A stretch of 64,000 bases of DNA. It comes from a virus. Location: positions 1-64,000 of IMG/VR virus record IMGVR_UViG_3300023179_006341. One strand, given 5' to 3'. This document shows, piece after piece, positions 57,416 to 64,000 of the stretch. Under the pieces are notes generated by a model. That model was not told the DNA's origin. It searched no databases and saw only the letters and a list, made by a program, of their open reading frames with translations. Each line of letters starts with the position of its first letter. Position 1 is the stretch's first letter. Both the position numbers and the translations under genes were made by a program.

Positions 57416-57580
57416 ATGAAACCCGTACTAATCCAATCATTAATTAGGCATAATCAAAGACGTAAAGCATTAAAAGAACACGATGTAGATCATGCTCATG
57501 GTGGTCATAAGGATCGTTCAGGTTTTATTGTAATGTTAATATTAGTAATATGTGTAATACTTGCAATGGGTTTTAGTTAG
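57416..57580 (+). CDS. 54-aa His-rich protein with C-terminal TM (not in the ORF track)
   Basis: TAAATA-N5-ATG; HDVDHAHGGH; FIVMLILVICVILAMGF. Confidence 0.55.
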   Translation: MKPVLIQSLIRHNQRRKALKEHDVDHAHGGHKDRSGFIVMLILVICVILAMGFS

Positions 57581-57586
57581 AACAAT

Positions 57587-57823
57587 ATGAGCGATAAATT
57601 AAACGAAATAATCAAACGTGCAGGATTTAGTAGTACATATGAAATAGTGCGTCTTGAACGTTTGATATGGCTAACTGCTTTAGAAATTAGCCCATTGTTA
57701 TCTGCTGAGGATTGGGCAAAAGTTAAGGAATTATTAAAAATTCCTGATGATGCGTTACAACGTAAAAACTTTAATTATTTGACAAAATTAAAGCAAGAAC
57801 AACCTGAAGAATACATGAAATAG
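57587..57823 (+). CDS. hypothetical protein
   Basis: ORF in the gene run. Confidence 0.6.
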   Translation: MSDKLNEIIKRAGFSSTYEIVRLERLIWLTALEISPLLSAEDWAKVKELLKIPDDALQRKNFNYLTKLKQEQPEEYMK

Positions 57824-57838
57824 TTGTTAAAATACAAC

Positions 57839-57867
57839 TTGACAATATATCTAATTTTTACTATAAT
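57839..57867 (+). promoter_or_regulatory. consensus sigma70 early promoter
   Basis: TTGACA-N17-TATAAT. Confidence 0.9.
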
Positions 57868-57896
57868 ATCTTTATAGTCAGATATAGGAGATTGTT

Positions 57897-58250
57897 ATGC
57901 CACTAGTTCAATACATGGATCATACCCACCCTGATGCATTCGTTGATTTTCCTGAAAAACTTGAACCCATGCATGGTTACACCAAACCATGCCCTATGTG
58001 TCAGTGCTACGGTGGTTGGAATCTTAAACTCCACGCATATCCACTCCATTATCCAAACACCCCCGAAAATCGTCATCGGTACTCCCATTTTCGTTCTAAC
58101 TGCTCACATTGTAACGGATGGGGTTACACACTACCTACCGAAACCTGCGATGGACATGAGTGGGAGAAAAAGTACAATCTTGGTAAATGTTTAAATTTGT
58201 ACGTGTGTAAAAAATGCAACAAGAATTGGGAAGTTGATTCTAGCGATTGA
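57897..58250 (+). CDS. Cys-rich zinc-finger early protein
   Basis: CPMC..YG, CSHC.G.G, C.GH.W, CKKC; RBS aggag. Confidence 0.7.
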   Translation: MPLVQYMDHTHPDAFVDFPEKLEPMHGYTKPCPMCQCYGGWNLKLHAYPLHYPNTPENRHRYSHFRSNCSHCNGWGYTLPTETCDGHEWEKKYNLGKCLNLYVCKKCNKNWEVDSSD

Positions 58251-58268
58251 CAAATAATTGAGGTAAAA

Positions 58269-58496
58269 ATGAAAGTACACTCCGTAGGTTCAGTAGATTC
58301 AAGTAATACTCGCAACGTCATGATGGAGTTATGGCGTATGACCATGACTCAACGTGTTCAACATGATTTACAGCAACGTGTATCAGGTAGAAAAGTTGAT
58401 CCTGAACCACGTAGGGTAGAACCTGCTGTAAAAGTTGAAATTAGTGATTCAGCACGTTATATTTTAGCAACACAAGCAGTTGACAAAAATCATTAA
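58269..58496 (+). CDS. hypothetical protein
   Basis: RBS gaggt; VKVEISDSAR. Confidence 0.6.
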   Translation: MKVHSVGSVDSSNTRNVMMELWRMTMTQRVQHDLQQRVSGRKVDPEPRRVEPAVKVEISDSARYILATQAVDKNH

Positions 58497-58508
58497 TATT
58501 GATAAACT
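58480..58508 (+). promoter_or_regulatory. early sigma70-type promoter
   Basis: TTGACA-N17-TAAACT with TG extension. Confidence 0.7.
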
Positions 58509-58606
58509 TATTTCTATCAGATAACTAGTGAGGAATAAATGACTGAAACTCAAATGCACGATGCCATTATTAGCTAGTAAATTTTAAATTTTTATGGATT
58601 AAAATA

Positions 58607-58807
58607 ATGCAAGAAAAAATTACACTAAATTTTAATGACTTGAACACTATTATGGAAGTATTGAAAGAATTTGAAATTAATCACTTTACAATTATCAAAA
58701 ATGGTGATAGTGGTATTGGTTACGATGTTGATTTACAATTTACCGCAGATTTTAAGGGTAAAATGGCAACAATTTGTATCCCAATTACAACAACTGATAA
58801 TTGGTAA
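58607..58807 (+). CDS. hypothetical phage protein
   Basis: DSGIGY...W C-terminus. Confidence 0.65.
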   Translation: MQEKITLNFNDLNTIMEVLKEFEINHFTIIKNGDSGIGYDVDLQFTADFKGKMATICIPITTTDNW

Positions 58808-58815
58808 AAAAGTAC

Positions 58816-58844
58816 TTGACATGATGTCCTAATTCATTTATAAT
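58816..58844 (+). promoter_or_regulatory. consensus sigma70 early promoter
   Basis: TTGACA-N17-TATAAT. Confidence 0.9.
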
Positions 58845-58883
58845 TATTTCTGTAGTGATTGATAAACATCTTGGAGAAAAAAC

Positions 58884-59291
58884 ATGGCATACATGAGTCA
58901 GGAAAAGAAAGCAAAGTTAGCCCCTGCAATCAAATATATAATGAAAAAATATGGTGTCAAGGGTACGCTTGCAGTGAATCATTACTCGACTTTGGTGCTT
59001 AATATTAAGTCGGGTAAGATTGATTTTCTTAAATCCTACAATGAAACATGCGGTTTCCGCCCTAGCTATGTAGAAGCAGGGTTTAAGCCTCGTGTTGACT
59101 ATGTTGATGTAAATCCTTATTGGTACCATGAACACTTTGATGGTGTAGCAAAAGAATTCCTAACAGAAATTTTTGAAGCAATGAATGTTGGTAATCATGA
59201 TAGAAGCGACGCTCAGATTGATTACTATGATGTAGGTTGGTACGTAGATGTTAATATCGGTAAGTGGAATAAACCATACCAACTAGCGTAG
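58884..59291 (+). CDS. early protein resembling polyvalent-protein-associated LPD25/LPD29 domains
   Basis: NHDRSDAQIDYYDVGWY...IGKWNKPY; RBS ggag. Confidence 0.55.
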   Translation: MAYMSQEKKAKLAPAIKYIMKKYGVKGTLAVNHYSTLVLNIKSGKIDFLKSYNETCGFRPSYVEAGFKPRVDYVDVNPYWYHEHFDGVAKEFLTEIFEAMNVGNHDRSDAQIDYYDVGWYVDVNIGKWNKPYQLA

Positions 59292-59349
59292 TAAATTTAA
59301 ATTTAAATCACTTTGGGGCGTAATGCCCCTACAATTTTATGGAGAAATT

Positions 59350-59568
59350 ATGGAAGAAAACCCAAATAAAACTAGTACACTTCCCCCTTATTATACTCGT
59401 TATATTCGCAATGAAAATGGTAAGTTAGTGCTTGATCCTGAATGTGTAGCATTAGCAAAAAAATATTATTGGAAAGATAGACCTGCTTATGATCCTAATG
59501 ATCGACGAGTTATGATTGGACGATATGATGAAAATGGTACACTAATTCCTTTTTCTAAACCAAGATGA
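59350..59568 (+). CDS. hypothetical protein
   Basis: RBS ggaga before ATG 59350. Confidence 0.55.
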   Translation: MEENPNKTSTLPPYYTRYIRNENGKLVLDPECVALAKKYYWKDRPAYDPNDRRVMIGRYDENGTLIPFSKPR

Positions 59569-59912
59569 GTGGGTATAGTTTAGTTAAAAGAATACATTCT
59601 TTAGAAGAAGAATGTGTTAAATTAGGTTTTACTATGTGTTATGCTAAACAATATCACAATACTTTTGGGGATGTGGTTGCTATAAAACCAAAAGACCAAG
59701 ATAGCCTACCTGTTTACAGCAGAGATGCTGAGTTATTTGTTGGAACCTTAGATGGTTTAGAACAATGGCTAAAAGGGATTGAGTGGGCTAGAAGATATGA
59801 TACAATGTTATTCGGTTCTAAACATAATGAGCGCAGGATAAAGAAAGAGCAAGAGCATAGAAACGTTGAAATTTTTAATATTATTAAGAATGAAAGGAAA
59901 GAGGAATTATGA
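59565..59912 (+). CDS. hypothetical phage protein
   Basis: LPVYSRDAELFVG...GIEWAR.YD. Confidence 0.7.
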   Translation: MSGYSLVKRIHSLEEECVKLGFTMCYAKQYHNTFGDVVAIKPKDQDSLPVYSRDAELFVGTLDGLEQWLKGIEWARRYDTMLFGSKHNERRIKKEQEHRNVEIFNIIKNERKEEL

Positions 59913-60418
59913 TTACGTTAAAAGAATTTATGGAAGTCAATGACTACAAAGTGACAGAAGGTAACGACTATCTTTGGGATAGTTTTGGTCGTAATGCTTA
60001 TATGTTATCTTATTGGAATGGTAGCCATGATGGGTTTAATATGTCCATTCTCTTTGATACTGAAACACAAGTTGTCTACAAAGTAGAAGTATGTGATTAT
60101 AAGAATGAACGTGCTTATCGTTTGATTAATCCTGAATACAAACAAGGTTACATGGATGAAGCAAAACGTAAAAATGTTAAGCATGATGAAGCTTGGGATA
60201 ATGTAAATTATGTTGACCTTGAAACTTCTGAGGATTGGATAGTAAAAGCAGTTGCAATCAAAGAAGGAAAAGTGTATGATACTAGGGTGCAACTACCTAT
60301 TGAATTAAGTGATGAAGAATTCGCCACTATTGCTAGAATGGCGCATGATCGTGATATCACCTTTAACCAAATGGTTGAGCAAATTCTTATGCAATTTATT
60401 GAATCTCAAAAGGAATAA
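59909..60418 (+). CDS. hypothetical phage protein with a possible C-terminal ribbon-helix-helix-like segment
   Basis: YKVTEG..Y.W; AWD.V.Y.DLE; MAHDRDITFNQMVE. Confidence 0.7.
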   Translation: MITLKEFMEVNDYKVTEGNDYLWDSFGRNAYMLSYWNGSHDGFNMSILFDTETQVVYKVEVCDYKNERAYRLINPEYKQGYMDEAKRKNVKHDEAWDNVNYVDLETSEDWIVKAVAIKEGKVYDTRVQLPIELSDEEFATIARMAHDRDITFNQMVEQILMQFIESQKE

Positions 60419-60420
60419 AC

Positions 60421-61755
60421 ATGCTAGAATCATGGGTTTATAAGTTAAATGAAAGCAATAGCCGTTTACATAAAGAATCAGTATTGCAAGAAGTACTTAA
60501 TTTAGAAACATTGGGAGATGAAAATTGTAAAATGTTTTTAAAATTAATTCATTTGACTTATAACCCATTTTTTACTTTTGGAGTAACTACATCACAAATT
60601 ACTCAAGGAGTTGAAAACGAAGAAAATCCTTGGGATGATTTTGTTAGTATGCTATCTTTACTTAACGGTAGAAATTTAACAGGTAATGCAGCACATAGTG
60701 CAATTCAAACAATGAGCTATCGTTTTAATAGTTCGACATGGAATGATTTTTGTGTAAATGTCATTAACAAAGATTTGCGCTGTGGAATTAGCGATAAAAC
60801 AATTAATAAAATTGTTAAAAATACCAAGTATGAAATTCCTATGTTTGGATGCCAACTTGCTACTGATAGCGAGGGTCGTCCTGAAATGTGTGGTAGAAAA
60901 CGTCTAGAACCAAAGCTTGATGGTGTACGTGTGCTGATGATATGTACTCCAACTGATGTAGGAGTCACAGTTACAAGCTATAGTCGTAACGGTAAAGTAT
61001 TCGAAAACTTTAGCCATATTGAAAACCAAATTAAAGGTAATTGGAATCAAATAGTACGCAATATTGCATCAAGTAATGTTAGCATGGGATTAGTACTTGA
61101 TGGTGAAGTTATGGGTGAATCATTTCAAGCACTGATGCGACAAGCAAGAAGAAAAGAAAATGCGAATGCTTCAGACAGTGTTTACCATATATTTGATTTA
61201 ATTCCACTCAATGATTTTAACCGTGGATATTGGAACGCACAATTGTTTAAACGTATTAATATGTTAAATGATATTAGGGAAATTATTGATACAATGCCTA
61301 ATGTTGAATTATTACCTAGTATTAAAGTAGATTTAGATTTGGCTGAAGGAGTTGATCAATTACATCGTTATGCAAATGATTGTGTTGCCCAAGGATACGA
61401 GGGTATCATGATTAAAAGCCTAGATGCACCATACGAATGTAAACGTAATCGTTTTTGGTTAAAATGGAAACCAACTATCACAGTGGATTTGGAGGTGATC
61501 GGTGTTGAAGAAGGTACGGGAAGAAATGTTGGACGCTTGGGAGCATTGGTTTGCCAAGGAATCGACAACGAGAGAGAAATTACAGTCAATGTGGGTAGTG
61601 GTTTTAGTGACATTGATAGAAATGAGTTTTATATTAATCGTAATATTATCATTGGTCGCACTGTAGAAATTCTTTCTGATGCAATAACACAAAATCAAGA
61701 TGGTTCATATTCGTTGAGATTTCCAAGATTTTTGAGGTTTAGAGATGATAAATGA
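60421..61755 (+). CDS. ATP-dependent DNA ligase
   Basis: EPKLDGVR; LDGE; FD; EGIMIK; WLKWK; VGSGFSD; SLRFPRF..FR.DK. Confidence 0.96.
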   Translation: MLESWVYKLNESNSRLHKESVLQEVLNLETLGDENCKMFLKLIHLTYNPFFTFGVTTSQITQGVENEENPWDDFVSMLSLLNGRNLTGNAAHSAIQTMSYRFNSSTWNDFCVNVINKDLRCGISDKTINKIVKNTKYEIPMFGCQLATDSEGRPEMCGRKRLEPKLDGVRVLMICTPTDVGVTVTSYSRNGKVFENFSHIENQIKGNWNQIVRNIASSNVSMGLVLDGEVMGESFQALMRQARRKENANASDSVYHIFDLIPLNDFNRGYWNAQLFKRINMLNDIREIIDTMPNVELLPSIKVDLDLAEGVDQLHRYANDCVAQGYEGIMIKSLDAPYECKRNRFWLKWKPTITVDLEVIGVEEGTGRNVGRLGALVCQGIDNEREITVNVGSGFSDIDRNEFYINRNIIIGRTVEILSDAITQNQDGSYSLRFPRFLRFRDDK

Positions 61756-61997
61756 TGGTGAAATTATTCTATCCTCCTGTACGTGAATGGTTTATGGAAC
61801 ATCATTTTAAAGAATTTTGTATATTTGAAAATGAAACGTTTAAAAATTCAACACAAAGTCTATTTAACTTAGCATTAGAAATTAGGTTTAGGGATTATTT
61901 TGATCAATTTAATTATCCTATTGAATTGATTGATGGTGAAATATGTATTAATATGCCCGAATCTGAATTAACTTATATAAATTTAAAATACACTTAA
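61752..61997 (+). CDS. hypothetical protein
   Basis: ATGA overlap; ends LKY. Confidence 0.6.
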   Translation: MMVKLFYPPVREWFMEHHFKEFCIFENETFKNSTQSLFNLALEIRFRDYFDQFNYPIELIDGEICINMPESELTYINLKYT

Positions 61998-62009
61998 AGG
62001 AATAATATT

Positions 62010-63227
62010 ATGGTAATGGTTGTTAAAAGCGAATGGCATCAAGTTGAACGAAGAGATGGTATTGACATTGATGTTGATATTTTACAGGAAATTTATCCTG
62101 ATTATGATGAAGAACAAATTCAAGAAATTTTAGATGGTCTTGAATCAGGAGAGCATGATATTGATGAAATTATTAGTGATGCATTTGATAATGATGTTGA
62201 ACTAGATTGGCAATATCTTAACCAAGATGATTGGTGGACTGATCGAAAAGGTGGATATGAGATTACATATAAGGTTGAAGATTGGGAATATCGTAAAGAA
62301 TATGAATCACCAAAAACACATAAATGTACTAAGTGTCGTTGGACAGGTACTAGATGGGAAACTCGTACACTTCATTTAAATGAAGATGGTTCTATACATC
62401 AAGAAGATGATTTAGAATTTGATTCAACTAAAGATGTTTGTCCAATGTGCGATAGTGATGTTGAGCTTACACCTGAAGGTATTGAAATCCAAGAAAAAAG
62501 CAATAAGTTAAGCAAAGAATTAGACGAAATGTATCCTGACGAAGCAGATGAATCTGAACAGGTTGAAGAAACTGTAGAAACTACTTACCAACGTGTACAT
62601 CCTGCGGGTGAATATACCATTCGTATATGGGGTCGTACATTAGAAGCAGGAATCGGTAATATCACTGAAGCGCAATATGAGTATTGGAGCGATGATGATC
62701 ACATGTATGACTTAAGTGATGCGTTAGATGGTAGTTATGATTACGAAGAAAATAAAGCACCTGAAGATGCAAAGTTTGAGTGTGAAGGGTATTATGATTT
62801 TAATGATGTAGCTGATTTTTATGGATACGAAGAAGATGATGTTCTTATAACCATTACAGATTCAAATAATAATGAAATTTATAGAGGTAATTTTTCAGGT
62901 ATTTTTGAACTTGGTCATGGTGATGAGGATACTTATTGGGATTGTAGTGAAGAGGTTGATGAAATGTATCCTAATTCATACGGTAATGGATTTTTCCTCA
63001 TGTACAAACAAGGTGGAAAGGGATCTTGTATGCAACATACTATTACTGTAACAGAGGAATTTGATTTAGCTAAATTTAAGATCCATACGGTTGATGTAGA
63101 TGGAATTAGTCATGTAAAAACTGTTTTTTATGGTGATGAAGAACTTGATGATCAAGGTATGGATTCTGAGCATGATAATTGGCGTGGACAGTGGTCTGAT
63201 TTTCAAGTTCATAAAATCAACAGATAA
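62010..63227 (+). CDS. highly acidic protein with a central Zn ribbon
   Basis: CTKC...CPMC; extreme D/E content. Confidence 0.7.
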   Translation: MVMVVKSEWHQVERRDGIDIDVDILQEIYPDYDEEQIQEILDGLESGEHDIDEIISDAFDNDVELDWQYLNQDDWWTDRKGGYEITYKVEDWEYRKEYESPKTHKCTKCRWTGTRWETRTLHLNEDGSIHQEDDLEFDSTKDVCPMCDSDVELTPEGIEIQEKSNKLSKELDEMYPDEADESEQVEETVETTYQRVHPAGEYTIRIWGRTLEAGIGNITEAQYEYWSDDDHMYDLSDALDGSYDYEENKAPEDAKFECEGYYDFNDVADFYGYEEDDVLITITDSNNNEIYRGNFSGIFELGHGDEDTYWDCSEEVDEMYPNSYGNGFFLMYKQGGKGSCMQHTITVTEEFDLAKFKIHTVDVDGISHVKTVFYGDEELDDQGMDSEHDNWRGQWSDFQVHKINR

Positions 63228-63284
63228 TTATTAATTGTATTAAAAGATGGTTATATAACCACCTTATTATTTTAGGGCTAAAAA

Positions 63285-63536
63285 ATGGGATCGTTTAATC
63301 GTAAAATTGTTGAATCGTTAGATTTACTAAACAAAATATTAGCAGCAATTTTTTTTGTTATGGCTATTACTACCCTTTATGGTGAAATGTTTGATAATTT
63401 TACAACAGCAGTAATTTCTGCTCTTGGTATACTTGTTGTTGGAATTGTTACTTGTGGATACACTGCAATCCTTATTAACGTTAATCAAAACATAGAAGCA
63501 ATACGTGAACATTTTACTCCATCCGAAAAGGAATAA
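63285..63536 (+). CDS. two-TM membrane protein
   Basis: Two hydrophobic helices; ININQNIEAIR-type tail. Confidence 0.65.
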   Translation: MGSFNRKIVESLDLLNKILAAIFFVMAITTLYGEMFDNFTTAVISALGILVVGIVTCGYTAILINVNQNIEAIREHFTPSEKE

Positions 63537-63538
63537 TA

Positions 63539-63781
63539 ATGCGTAAATATGTTGATTTTTTAATTTGGCAAGTTAGTCAATTTGATAAAATTACTTGGGT
63601 ATTTTGGTTGACTTTTACACCTGCTATTATAGCTATGCTATTCGGTGAAATTGTTATTGGAACAGTTCTTGTAACAGGTTTTCTTTTAGTTGCAAGTGGT
63701 GCAATGCTTACTGAACGTATTAAAAGCAATTACGAAAAGTATAAACGTATTAAAGATGCTACTGAACAAAGTCCTTTCTAA
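63539..63781 (+). CDS. two-TM membrane protein
   Basis: Hydrophobic core; RBS aagga. Confidence 0.6.
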   Translation: MRKYVDFLIWQVSQFDKITWVFWLTFTPAIIAMLFGEIVIGTVLVTGFLLVASGAMLTERIKSNYEKYKRIKDATEQSPF

Positions 63782-64000
63782 TGAGCGAAACAATTTATAA
63801 AAAAGTTGGTAGGAAATATGTACCAATCAAAGAATTTGACTCTGCATACAATGCAGGATTCCCAAAAGGATGTCATCTTGTTATTTGCGAACCAGGCAAA
63901 CATCTTTACAAATACAATATAGAACCTGAACTCGCTCCACTGATAGCAGCATCAACCTATGCTAGAGAGGCAATAAGCAAAACTATACAAGAATCATTAG
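63781..64000 (+). CDS. hypothetical phage protein, 3' end outside the window
   Basis: MSETIYKKVGRKYVP...GCHLVICEPG open to the window end. Confidence 0.6.
   Translation, partial: MSETIYKKVGRKYVPIKEFDSAYNAGFPKGCHLVICEPGKHLYKYNIEPELAPLIAASTYAREAISKTIQESL

Noticed and set aside
819-61698. Numerous 60-140 aa antisense or shadow ORFs in the track (for example 1047-1304, 17517-17825, 38861-39253, 43079-43495, 51400-51738)
   Set aside because: They lie within well-supported genes and lack an RBS, promoter or motifs
1-64000. Alternative genetic code (stop reassignment)
   Set aside because: Core genes are full length under the standard code, and TAA, TAG and TGA all end genes at expected positions

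Overview
AT-rich, densely coding segment of a large T4-like (Tevenvirinae-like myovirus) phage genome, read with the standard code. Diagnostic genes are gp17-type terminase, gp32 SSB, UvsX, UvsY, ThyX and an ATP-dependent DNA ligase, plus TAAATA late promoters. From left to right: the end of a tail-fibre gene; a late-expressed glycosyltransferase/sulfotransferase/four-radical-SAM cluster (1.5-12.3 kb); an island of host-like envelope and stress genes (BMP lipoprotein, ahpC, ahpD, antiporter, TerC, DadA, porin) that also holds a circularly permuted two-piece tmRNA gene with a small membrane-protein ORF inside its intervening segment; LamG/PA14 lectin-like genes; a MoxR-vWA pair; sugar-modifying enzymes and spanins; a block of proteins with T4-like capsid-targeting N-termini and internal xxE sites; a terminase gene fractured by an atypically split intein with an HNH gene between the halves; recombination genes; and an early region with consensus sigma70 promoters. 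Two window-wide patterns stand out: TAAATA-N5-ATG, apparently leaderless, late genes, and strong depletion of CCAG/CTGG except within CCWGG. All family calls are from motif recognition by eye; no searches were run. A Betaproteobacterial host is inferred, not shown.
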